Positions 44,976 through 55,100 of a stretch of 64,000 nucleotides of DNA are shown here, one piece after another (positions within the stretch are counted from its first letter, which is position 1; each line of letters begins with the position of its first letter). The stretch is taken from positions 100,387-164,386 of the forward strand of contig JABHLR010000004.1 in NCBI GenBank assembly GCA_018693315.1, in the 5' to 3' direction. Position numbers and translations under genes: made by a program. This DNA comes from an archaeon (GTDB lineage: Archaea > Nanobdellota > Nanobdellia > Pacearchaeales > GW2011-AR1). The notes below the pieces were generated by a model. That model made no database searches. It had not been told where the DNA came from and worked only from the letters and a program-made list of their open reading frames with translations.

Positions 44976-46361
44976 TCAAAACTTTATTATGGCACCATAG
45001 GTTGTTTCAATCTTTTTGTGATAACCGTCACGACTCTCTGTTAACTCATCTGTGGATCCGAAGCCAACACTAGCGCCACCAACTTTTTTTTCAATCCACA
45101 TCCTGCTAGCAGTGCCCCCAACACGATCAGGGACGGTATAAGCCTCAATAGCATCCTTTATACTAACTTTAAATTCCTTAGGAGGACCGACTTGAGAAAA
45201 AGTATGCGAATGAGCGGGTAATCCATTCCCAAGCAAATTCACGCGGCCAACTTCAAGGTTTTGACCCCCTGCTCCCCTAATAAGATCCTCCGACTCGAGA
45301 TCCAGCCATGATTTTTTATCCACAGGATCATAAGTAAATTTATAGGTACTATCCCCACTCTCGATCACGCTAATGGAATTCATATCTCTCTCAGCCCCAC
45401 TCACAGAAACACTTTCTCCAAAAGTAAAACTATCCTCACCCACTACATAATCTTGTCCAGGAAGCAGAACCCTAGTATCTTCACCCAGTAAAGAATATTG
45501 TCCCGAAACCTCTCCTGGAATAACCTTCCCATCAAAATCAAGGAAATTATCCAACTCCCCCCTCCCTCGAAGTACACTCCCAAACACTTCATCTTCAGCA
45601 ATTTCGATTCCTTCCCCCGTTGGATCAATATCAGAAACTCCTTCCACTCCTTTCTTGGTCCACTTGACACTATCCTCACCAGGGAGAACTTTCAATACCC
45701 CATTTTCATATTTAACCTGAGTACCCTTTTCTATATCAAGAGTTTCCTCTCCAATTTTAAAAGAAGTAGCCTCGCTCGCGGTTAAATCAGCCTGGACAAT
45801 ACTCCCTTTAGAATCCAATTCTACGGAAGATCCACTTTGAATACTTTCAAATTTATTGCCCTTAATGTCTAGGCTACCATCCTTATCAAAAGTCACTTTT
45901 GAACTAGAGCTACCCTTAACTTTTTCAAGAGTTACACCATTCCCAGAAATATCTTCAGCTTTCAAATCCCCTCCAATAAGGTCCCCGAATTCTTGACTTT
46001 CATCCCCAAATTGAATAGTTCCTTCCTCAAAGCCACCCTTTTCTTCAAATTGCATATTTGAAGTAATCTTGGCCCCCTTTTGCATATATCCATCTACTTT
46101 ACTATAGGTGTTTAGCACTTGGGCAAGTTCTGGAGAAGTATCAGCCAGCGCCTTCATCGCCTCCCCTTTTCCAAATTCAACAATACAAGACGTAGGATTC
46201 GTAGCGCACATCGCCTTACTAACAATCCCCGCAAGTTCTGGAGACGCCATTTGCATTCCCTGCGTCCCAAAAGACATAAGGGGATTAGCACTAACAACCC
46301 CAATTAACAAAATCAACAAAATCCCTATCGATTCAAACTTAAACCAAGGTCTCATTCCCAC
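44976..46361 (-). CDS. Secreted G/E/D/S-rich protein, 461 aa (large partner of module 3)
   Basis: Signal-like N-terminus (FESIGILLILLIGVVSANP), GTG start. No family recognised. Only 2 Cys, unlike the giant proteins. Confidence 0.55.
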   Translation of the reverse strand: MGMRPWFKFESIGILLILLIGVVSANPLMSFGTQGMQMASPELAGIVSKAMCATNPTSCIVEFGKGEAMKALADTSPELAQVLNTYSKVDGYMQKGAKITSNMQFEEKGGFEEGTIQFGDESQEFGDLIGGDLKAEDISGNGVTLEKVKGSSSSKVTFDKDGSLDIKGNKFESIQSGSSVELDSKGSIVQADLTASEATSFKIGEETLDIEKGTQVKYENGVLKVLPGEDSVKWTKKGVEGVSDIDPTGEGIEIAEDEVFGSVLRGRGELDNFLDFDGKVIPGEVSGQYSLLGEDTRVLLPGQDYVVGEDSFTFGESVSVSGAERDMNSISVIESGDSTYKFTYDPVDKKSWLDLESEDLIRGAGGQNLEVGRVNLLGNGLPAHSHTFSQVGPPKEFKVSIKDAIEAYTVPDRVGGTASRMWIEKKVGGASVGFGSTDELTESRDGYHKKIETTYGAIIKF

Positions 46362-47091
46362 CCCCTACTTGTATCGCAAATGAATAAACATATCCGATTT
46401 CTTCATTAAGCACAGATGCCCCATCTTCCAGTAAAAAGAAAAGAGAATCACCCTCTTGGCTCATCGTAACATTTAGATCCTGCTCCAATAGGTAAAAAAA
46501 ATCCACCGTCCCCCCTAACTCCTCTCTCATCCAAACAATATTATCAGCAGCCTTATAATATTTGCTAAAATTAACCGGGACAACATAGTCAATATTGTCC
46601 TCAAAAAGAATAGAATTATCCCCCTTTGTTTTTGTCAAAGAATAGTCCACAGCAAAAGAGACAGTTTCGCTAAGACTAATAGTTGGAGAAAATTTCAAGA
46701 CTTTTATTTCATAACCTTGATCACTGAAATATGAAAAATTATCAATACAAGCGTTTACATTATCCAAAAAGAAAACCTCAAAATCACTTCTAATTTCTTC
46801 TAGGGATTCGAGCTGCTTTTTATTCTCATAAAACAAATAACTAATGGCGTTGTCTCCAAGATTTATAGATTTTTTTTGTTCAATATCACCACCCCTTAGA
46901 CCCAATATCGCCAAAGATTTCAGCCCCTCTACTTCAATGCAATCTTCTAGAAGTTTCTCAGGATTTTCTAAATTGCCATCTTTTTCAGAAAGTTCACGAT
47001 TACTAGAAAATAACGTAAAAAACGCAACGACAATAACAACAATAATTATAGCAATAATAATAAAAACCGTAACTTGCCCACCTTTTTTCAT
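46339..47091 (-). CDS. Class III signal peptide (prepilin-like) protein C, 250 aa
   Basis: N-terminus MKKGGQVTVFIIIAIIIVVIVVAFF. A divergent relative of the 249-aa and 269-aa proteins upstream. Confidence 0.6.
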   Translation of the reverse strand: MKKGGQVTVFIIIAIIIVVIVVAFFTLFSSNRELSEKDGNLENPEKLLEDCIEVEGLKSLAILGLRGGDIEQKKSINLGDNAISYLFYENKKQLESLEEIRSDFEVFFLDNVNACIDNFSYFSDQGYEIKVLKFSPTISLSETVSFAVDYSLTKTKGDNSILFEDNIDYVVPVNFSKYYKAADNIVWMREELGGTVDFFYLLEQDLNVTMSQEGDSLFFLLEDGASVLNEEIGYVYSFAIQVGGGNETLV

Positions 47092-47105
47092 AGCTCATAA
47101 ACAAC

Positions 47106-47121
47106 AAAGATGTTTATAAAA
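47106..47121 (-). promoter_or_regulatory. Internal promoter-like element ttttataaacatcttt, 14 nt upstream of the ATG at 47091
   Basis: Identical 16-mer and spacing to 44941-44956. Confidence 0.45.
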
Positions 47122-50100
47122 TTATAGAAAGTTTCTCGAAGGCCTAACAATAACAGAACAATCAGCATCCTCATTCCTAAATTCATCCCTACACTTAATG
47201 TAGAAAGTCTCTTCATTATTCCACTCAGCAACATGAACACTCGTATTCGCATAAGGCATTTGTGTTCCCTCATCAAAGCTAAAATCACAATCGTCATATG
47301 TGTAAGCACACTCGCTATCACGGACAGTCACAAGCTTCAGCATATTACTCTCCTCATAAATCCTAGCAACAACCGGCGCATTCTGGTCAATATCCAACTC
47401 AAAATCAGCAGTATCTACAACCAAATTCCCACCCTCATCAACACACTTCACATAATACTCCTTATCACCCTCAGTCAAATCCAATCTCTGCGTATGAATC
47501 CCATCCTCAGTATTAGTATCAAAGAAAGCAATATAATCATTTTCATCACCAGTCTCTGAGTACGAACAAATAGCCCTACCATCATTACACCCAAACAAAG
47601 TCTCAACATACAACTCAACAGGCATCGGACTAACAGCCCCGAAAATCGTCTCATTAGGTCTCAAGTTCTTCATCTTCAAACCAGTACTTCCCCTCAGGCT
47701 AAATGCATAACTCTGCGCCATCTCATTCCGCTCGTTCTCAGCATTTCCAGCATGATCCTTACATCTAATATAGAACTTCGTATCATCCCTCGAAATCCCA
47801 GTCAATTCAGTAGCACAAGTAAACAACTGCTCAGCATTAGCCTGATACAGCTCATTATTACAGCTCATCAATCCCTGCATATTATCAAAGTCCTGATCCT
47901 GCGGACTCCACCTACATTCGGCCGGCTCATTCGTATAAAACTTGACGTTAGCAGTATCCTGATCCTCAGCAACACAACCACCATTCAAGACCGAAGTAGC
48001 CTCAACCTTAGGAGCAGTGCTATCAGGAGTAGGGTCAACACAGAACTTCACAGCATACTCAGCCTCGTTCTCATTCCCATTCTTGTCCTTACACCTCAAG
48101 AAGAAAGTCATATCCTTCCCATTCTCAAGAACCAAAGACGAATTCTGCAAATCCGCAGCGCTAGGCAAAGAGAACGTTTCGGAATGATTATAGGAGTATA
48201 AATTACTACCACCAACATAAGCTCTCATGTCATCAAAAGTCACAGTATGATTAAAGTCAATCTTACACTGCCCAGGCTCATCCAAAGCAATACCGAATTC
48301 CAAAGGAGTAAACGCCTTCAAGCAACCGTCGCTCGCATTCATATTCGTAATCGTAAACCCAGGCCCAGGCGGAGAATTCTTAACACCAGTATAATCATGA
48401 CCACGACTCAAGTCTTCGTAATTCGGTTTAATCATCGGCGGCACAACATCGTTCGGCCTAACATTCACACAAATCTCATTATCAGTCCCAACATTCTCAA
48501 GCTCACAATTCTGCCCCAAAGCCTTACATCTATATTCAGAACAAGGAAGCGTATCATCATTACATTCCTCACAAACATCCCCACCACTCGGCGCCTGCCA
48601 TGGCATACAATTAAACTCAACAACTTGCGTCTCCGTAGTCCTATACATCATAACAAAAACAATCGCAGCAACACCAATTCCAATTACAGGAGCATATGCA
48701 GCAACAGAACCAAACGCCTCATATGTGGCAACGGCCTTGTATGCAAATGCACCAGCAGCCAAAGCAGTAGACAAAGCCTGAACATTATTCTCTTCCATTC
48801 CAAGCAAATTCCCAATCAACATACCAGCACCATAAGCAATCGCAGCCCACTGCAAACCACCGATTAGAGCATCAGCAATTCCACCGCCACCAGCACCAAG
48901 CCATCCAGAAAGCGTAGATCCAGGCTCCCCTGCTTGCATCTGAGTCATTCCTTCTGCATCTGGCAATGCATCAAAAGCCTCGGTAAAAGTCTTTCCGTCC
49001 TGAGTTATCTTCGCAAGATAACCACCACTATCAGTCTTACTAAAAGCTACAGTCGCATCCTTAAGAGCAGTATTTCCAAGCTGCCCAGTTACTCCAGAAT
49101 AACTACTCCCCGCTTGAAATGTACCCTTCAGGTCATAAAGTTGATTTCCAGCCCACATGCTAGATTCGCCGCTAGGAGTTCTCGTAAACACAGGCGTCTT
49201 CGACCCAGCAAGATTTGGAGCTACAGTGGGACCACTCGCACTATTTCGTGTAACACCAAAATATTCTTCAGCACCACTTTGCGAAACAGGACCAGCTCCT
49301 TGGTTAGACGCCGCCCTCTGTAAATCAGATGGACCATTACTACCAAAAATACCCTTATCAAACAAGTCTTTCATAGGCGCAACAGCCGTAGCTGCTTGAA
49401 CAACCCCGCCAATAGAACTACCCTTACTCTTTTTAGTATCTTTAGTAGCCTCACCAGTAATCGTCCCAACAACCATCCCAGTCACAGCCGCAACCATTCC
49501 AGTAAATCCACCACTAATAATATTCACAGTATTTGGAGCAAACTTCTTATCTTCTTCATCTACAAGCCACTTGTAACCGTCGTCAGTATAAGTCCCCTTA
49601 TAATTCACATAACCACCACAATCCCCAAGCGAAGCACAAACCCTATTAGCGTCCAGTGCCCACGGCTCTTCCAAACACTCACAACCCTCAACGCAATCAC
49701 TTCCTCCAATTAAACCCTCTTCGAAAACAACAACACACTTTGCATTAGCTTGACCGCAAGTCTGCTGAGCAGTACTCTCTTCCCAGAAATTCAATCCAGG
49801 CGCAAAGTTAGGAACACAAACTCCACTAGGCCTATTAGTAACAGTCTCTTCCTCAACTTCCTCTTCCTCGTCATCCCCACCAAAAATAGCCTGACCAGTT
49901 ACAGGAGAAATGCCACCCTCAAACTCACCACTAGAAGTCGGATTACTAAACCCAGGAGTCCCGCCAGTAGGATTCGAAAACTTATCCCCCTGTTGCTCAG
50001 CGCCACCAATGACCATCCCAGTCACAGCAGGCAACCAAATACAGTCCCTCTTGTCATTATTAGTACAATCGTCCTCATCTTCCTGAGCAACACATTCCTG

Positions 50101-51285
50101 CCACCTATTCACACGACATCCAGAAGTCTGAAAATCACCAGCGTCAGTTTCAACAGAATCCTGATAACAAACCTCATTCCTAAAATCAGCACACGGCTCA
50201 ACCCTCACATCACCGTCAACACAAACTTCTCTATAATATCTCGAACCAACAGTATCCCCACCGTTTCCAGCCCCATCATCATAAACACACCACGACTCGC
50301 CATTAATCCTCGCATCCCCATTCCTATCAACACACTCAGTCCTCTGACAATAATTATCACCAGTCTCAGGCCCACCAAGATAACCCTCAAACTCAGCACA
50401 TCTCGAACCCAAGAAATAATCACAATTCCCACAGCTCATATCCGAACCATCATTAGGATCACAAACTCCATCAGCATCAAGTTTCTTCCCATTATTCCAA
50501 CTCCTAGCCTTATCCTCAGAATAAACATTCTCCCTGTTCCCACAAGAATCAGTCCAGAAAACATCACCCTGATAACAAACCGTATTAGTCTGCTTAGCAC
50601 AAGCAGTATTCAACTCCTCAGCCGAACACAAAAAGTCCTTGTAAAAAGTCCTCTGGCTAGACAAACTAACATTCGTCCCATTAACAGATTCAACCTTATC
50701 GCTAGCCCCACATTCACCACGAGTTGTAAATTGACAGACCCTATCGAAATCCTCCTCATAAACACAAGCACCAGTATCCTGAGCCTGCGCAGTCGCAATA
50801 CAATCAACCTCATTGGTTATCCCAGTCCTATAATCATTAGCAACCCCAAAAAAAGTACTCAACCTTTTACATCGAACCAACGGAACAAACGCAGCCTGAT
50901 CAGCAATAATACAACATCCCAACTGACACTGCGGAACCTGCCCAATTTCCCGATCATCCCAAGTCCCACCCTGAGCATTACAAACTCTCTGCGGCGTATT
51001 CTCCATACAAATCCCTTCCTCAGATTCATAACAAGTCCCAAGCCGACAATACGAAGTCGTCTCACACGAAGTCGGCGCACTCAAAAAACTATCACTACAA
51101 TCAGACTCATCAGCATTAACACACCACGCACCATCCTCAGTCTTCTCACAACAAGTACTCGGTTCACTCAATTCAGATTGCGCAGCAACGCTAGGAGTCA
51201 CATCAGCGACCATAAACGCAAACGCAAACATCGACAAAATCAACAATACAGTTTCAAATCCTGCAATTGCTTTTTTGTTCATCAT
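47122..51285 (-). CDS. Giant Cys-rich surface/membrane protein, 1387 aa (paralogue of 52116..55784)
   Basis: Layout: N-terminal hydrophobic segment (KKAIAGFETVLLILSMFAFAF); Cys-rich region (aa 44-560); Gly/Ala-rich TM segments (about aa 588-881); a Cys knot (CMPWQAPSGGDVCEECNDDTLPCSEYRCKALGQNCEL); four C-terminal repeats ending (F/Y)(F/Y)xxCxDxxGN. Confidence 0.7.
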   Translation of the reverse strand: MMNKKAIAGFETVLLILSMFAFAFMVADVTPSVAAQSELSEPSTCCEKTEDGAWCVNADESDCSDSFLSAPTSCETTSYCRLGTCYESEEGICMENTPQRVCNAQGGTWDDREIGQVPQCQLGCCIIADQAAFVPLVRCKRLSTFFGVANDYRTGITNEVDCIATAQAQDTGACVYEEDFDRVCQFTTRGECGASDKVESVNGTNVSLSSQRTFYKDFLCSAEELNTACAKQTNTVCYQGDVFWTDSCGNRENVYSEDKARSWNNGKKLDADGVCDPNDGSDMSCGNCDYFLGSRCAEFEGYLGGPETGDNYCQRTECVDRNGDARINGESWCVYDDGAGNGGDTVGSRYYREVCVDGDVRVEPCADFRNEVCYQDSVETDAGDFQTSGCRVNRWQECVAQEDEDDCTNNDKRDCIWLPAVTGMVIGGAEQQGDKFSNPTGGTPGFSNPTSSGEFEGGISPVTGQAIFGGDDEEEEVEEETVTNRPSGVCVPNFAPGLNFWEESTAQQTCGQANAKCVVVFEEGLIGGSDCVEGCECLEEPWALDANRVCASLGDCGGYVNYKGTYTDDGYKWLVDEEDKKFAPNTVNIISGGFTGMVAAVTGMVVGTITGEATKDTKKSKGSSIGGVVQAATAVAPMKDLFDKGIFGSNGPSDLQRAASNQGAGPVSQSGAEEYFGVTRNSASGPTVAPNLAGSKTPVFTRTPSGESSMWAGNQLYDLKGTFQAGSSYSGVTGQLGNTALKDATVAFSKTDSGGYLAKITQDGKTFTEAFDALPDAEGMTQMQAGEPGSTLSGWLGAGGGGIADALIGGLQWAAIAYGAGMLIGNLLGMEENNVQALSTALAAGAFAYKAVATYEAFGSVAAYAPVIGIGVAAIVFVMMYRTTETQVVEFNCMPWQAPSGGDVCEECNDDTLPCSEYRCKALGQNCELENVGTDNEICVNVRPNDVVPPMIKPNYEDLSRGHDYTGVKNSPPGPGFTITNMNASDGCLKAFTPLEFGIALDEPGQCKIDFNHTVTFDDMRAYVGGSNLYSYNHSETFSLPSAADLQNSSLVLENGKDMTFFLRCKDKNGNENEAEYAVKFCVDPTPDSTAPKVEATSVLNGGCVAEDQDTANVKFYTNEPAECRWSPQDQDFDNMQGLMSCNNELYQANAEQLFTCATELTGISRDDTKFYIRCKDHAGNAENERNEMAQSYAFSLRGSTGLKMKNLRPNETIFGAVSPMPVELYVETLFGCNDGRAICSYSETGDENDYIAFFDTNTEDGIHTQRLDLTEGDKEYYVKCVDEGGNLVVDTADFELDIDQNAPVVARIYEESNMLKLVTVRDSECAYTYDDCDFSFDEGTQMPYANTSVHVAEWNNEETFYIKCRDEFRNEDADCSVIVRPSRNFL

Positions 51286-52091
51286 GCGTCATACCCCGAA
51301 GGCCAAGCCAAACTTCGGCTAGCAAACTGAAATTTATTTCCAAAATCTTTGTGTTCTAAAATATAAATCGTCGTCCCATCGCTCCGCTTAATCTTATCAA
51401 TAATATAATCAGGATAAATCACCATCATAGCGCCAGTATCAGAGTCACCATATTTCGTCTCAAATTGCAAAATCGAAGTCGCAATCATAACCATATCATA
51501 AACAGGCGAATTCACATTCACATTAAACCTCGTAAACCTCGTAGCTCCAACCGTCGTCGGTGCATCAATCAAAACCCTAACAGCCCCAGGCTCAATCACA
51601 ACATCATATGTAACAGCCCCAGAAGTAACATCATAACCACGCGATTTCAAATCATTAACCGAAGCATCATAACAAGCATCAACATCACCCCGAATCAAAA
51701 GCTCCATCTGCTCATCAAAAGTAGTCTTCAAAAACGGAACCTGAACCGAACACGTCTCATAGAAAGCATTCGTGTAACAAAGATAAGTCATCTCCTCGCC
51801 GTTGTAAGCATAAGTAAATTCAGGATTAATAAAGCCGGCCCTTTTCTCCAGCTCTCCAATCGCATCTTCAACAGAATCTTCAACACAATTCTCAAAAGCC
51901 AAGCCCCTTCCGGCAGCCGAAAAATAAGTCGGTTGAAGCCACAGGAAAAAAATCAAAACAGCAGAAACTATGACTATCGCAATAATAATAAATATCGTCA
52001 CTTGCCCCTTTTTTCGAGGGCTAGCGCCCCGAGAAAAACATGAAGGGTTGTTCATCAATCCTACTTTTTTATTCATGTTTATTTCAACCAT
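51282..52091 (-). CDS. Class III signal peptide (prepilin-like) protein B, 269 aa or less
   Basis: ...RKKGQVTIFIIIAIVIVSAVLIFFLW. Homologous to protein A (shared Y-x-G-x-E-x-x-YLCY, RG(F/Y)DV, IY-x-L). The start is uncertain (52091, 52076 or 52055). Its stop overlaps the giant gene's start (ATGATGA). Confidence 0.6.
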   Translation of the reverse strand: MVEINMNKKVGLMNNPSCFSRGASPRKKGQVTIFIIIAIVIVSAVLIFFLWLQPTYFSAAGRGLAFENCVEDSVEDAIGELEKRAGFINPEFTYAYNGEEMTYLCYTNAFYETCSVQVPFLKTTFDEQMELLIRGDVDACYDASVNDLKSRGYDVTSGAVTYDVVIEPGAVRVLIDAPTTVGATRFTRFNVNVNSPVYDMVMIATSILQFETKYGDSDTGAMMVIYPDYIIDKIKRSDGTTIYILEHKDFGNKFQFASRSLAWPSGYDA

Positions 52092-52115
52092 CTTTTATTT
52101 ATAAATTCTATTATA

Positions 52116-55100
52116 TTAGAGAGCCCTAGCTTCTATGGAACATCCCGAAGGTACATTCCCAAATTCATCCTCACATTTAACATAATAAGTCTCACCACGA
52201 GTAACACCAAAGCTATGCTCCTTCCCGGTCCCAGCAGATTGCCCAGTAGTCCAATTAAATCTACAATGAGCCGTGTCATATTTACACTCAGCATTCTCAG
52301 TCGTAATAATATTAAAGCTCCCACCAGACTGCCAAATCCTAGCAATCTGCGGCGTCGAACTATCTTTTATAATTCTAAACTCAGTAGTCCCACGAGCAGT
52401 ATCCCCAGTCTCATCCTTACACTCGACATAAATCTTATGATCACCAACACGCCAATTCATAGGCCAACGATGCGGCCTCTCAGCTCCAGTCTGAAATAAA
52501 GTATCAGCCAAATTATCAAAGCTATCAAACGAATAAGAACAATGATGCCACTCTCCACCACCAGAAGTCATAATCTGAAAATCAACAGTAGCAAAATTAG
52601 TATTAACCTCAAAATCCTGACTCGGCTCAATCCAATCAACCTCAAGCTTCTTCTCCGGCTTCCTCAACCTATAAACAAAACTCTCCGCGTTCGCATTCCT
52701 CTCATCACCACGCCCAACAGCGTCGAGAAATCCCTGATCCTCACATCTCACAAAGAAATCACTAGTCACACCAGAAACAGGCATCGTCGCAACACACTTC
52801 GTAGAAGACCCATACAACCCAGCAATATTAGGGCTACAATCAAAATCATTCTCCATCAAAGAATAATCCATATCAGTCGTGTCCCACTTACAATCAACCG
52901 CATCCTCATTCACATAAACCTCAACATCCTGCGAAGTCGCATCGAAACTAACCAACCCATCATTCCCGGGAACAAATCTCTTAACAAGCGGACCAGTCAC
53001 ATCAGGACCCTGCACAACACACAAATCAATTGTATAAAACCCAGGGGTCGTATGCCCCTTCTGATCATGGCACCGAGTATAAATCTTCAAATCTCCAGTC
53101 CAATTCAAACCACGACTCTCACCATTACTCGGATCCGGCAAAGCAAACGAAACCGTGTGATTATAATCATAATAATCATCCTTGTAAATCTCAGTTTCAG
53201 AAGTCTCCCCAAACTCAGTCATCGCCAAATCAAAAGTACATATCGCCGGCTCATCAGTATTAATTCCAAACAGCAATTCAGTATGAGCAGCAATACACCC
53301 ACCATTACTACCATCGACCGAAGTAATACTAACCCCCGAAGCCGAATCCCCGCTATAAACTTCATTATCAGAAATCACACCAAACTGCGGACTAATAACC
53401 GGCGGCGTCGCATCATTAGGATTCCCGTCAATACACAATTCATTATCAGTCCCCTTATTCAACAACTCACACGCGGCCCCCAAACTCTTACAACGATATT
53501 CCGAACACGGCTTCAGCGGATCCCCATTACACAACTCACAATCAGCAGCGCCAACAGGAGGCTGCCACGGACTACACGTAAACACAACCTCAACAGGATC
53601 GCAATCACCCATCCCAAAAAACAAAGCCGCAATCATAAGCACAATACCAATAATTAACACAGGCCAGAAAAGCCCACCTAAAGAAGCAACCAAGGTAGTA
53701 TATTCACCAATTAATGCAACGCTAACCATAGAAGCACCAACACTCATCAACGCCGTCCCAACAGGACTAAGCCCTAAAGCCTTCGCAAGCAAAATCCCAA
53801 CAACAGCTCCAATCGCACCCGCTATCGCCGACGCTGCCATTCCACCATATCCAGCAAGCGCCCCGCCAGTACCAGTAATAGCACCCATACCAGGTGCCCC
53901 AAGGGTCGCAGGAGCAAACCATCCAAGTTTAAATCCAGCAAGCAAAATCCCAGCCATCCCAACATTCAAACCCAACATAATATTAGAGTGATCCGCAGGA
54001 CCCTCGGCATCTTCAGGAGCAGGACCCGGCCCACCAAATAATCCAGCAGCCGCCAAATAATCATCATAATCCTCAACCTCAGCAAACTGCCCAGGAACAG
54101 CCGTCGCCATAGCCACCAAAGTAGAAACCGAATCAGCACTCAGCATCGGCGAATTCACAACCTTATAATTCTCAGTAAACTTCCCAGCAATATTAACCTC
54201 GCCGCCACAATCCCCAAGCTTCCGACACATATCATTCATCCCAATCGCAAAACCAGATTCCTCACAAGCGCAATTCGTATCACAAACACAACTCCCAGTC
54301 ATCGTCTGCTTGTAAATCACAGTACAAGTCTGATCCGCCATCGCACAAGTCGATTTCGCAGTAGCCTGATATCTTTTATCCGTAAAACTAGAACCACCAG
54401 GATACCGCGGCGTGCAAATATCAAACTTAAATTTATCCGCAATATCAACATGCTCAATCCTACAATTCAAAGTCTCCTCGCATACCTCCTTTCCACCCTC
54501 CTCGTTGTTCAAAGCGATACACTCTCTCCAATTGTTCGCGACACAAGCAGCATTCCGGAAATCCACCTCACCAGCTCCAATATCCATCGTATTTGACTGA
54601 GTACAAATCTGATTCCGATAATCAGCACACGGCTCAACATTCACATCACCCTGATTACAAACATACTTCCAATGCCTCGACCCAACAACATCATCACCGT
54701 CGCCAATCTTCCCATCATAAACACACCAAGACTCCCCAGGCTTGTATTTCACACCATCAAACATACACGAAGTATCCCTACAAAAAGAATCCCCAGAATC
54801 TACAGTAAAACTATTCTCAGAAGCCGACGCGCAAATTCCACCAGCAAACCGATCACAATTCCCGCAACTCGCACTATTCGCACTCCCACTAGAATCCCCA
54901 CAAAGCCCATCGGTCTTCACATTCTCCCAGTAAGAATCATCATCAACCTTCGACGAATCATAAATATTAGCAGCATTCCCACACGAGTCAAGAAAATAAA
55001 CCCCATCTTTACCGTCGACACAAGTCGTCTGCTCAGTCTTAACGCAAGAAGTATTTAGACCATCAGCAGTACAAAGCACATCAGGATGAAACTCGCCACT

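Noticed and set aside
49750-51330. Very long antisense ORFs in the track. Examples: + strand 526 aa at 49750-51330, 371 aa at 52542-53657, 285 aa at 15294-16151 and 244 aa at 9465-10199; and - strand 302 aa at 29951-30859.
   Set aside because: Each lies opposite a strongly supported gene (the giant paralogues, uL3, eS4, FtsZ). Their translations are low-complexity (N/I/S/L/P/T/R-rich) with no motifs. The strand-biased composition (a G-poor plus strand) suppresses stop codons and explains why they remain open.
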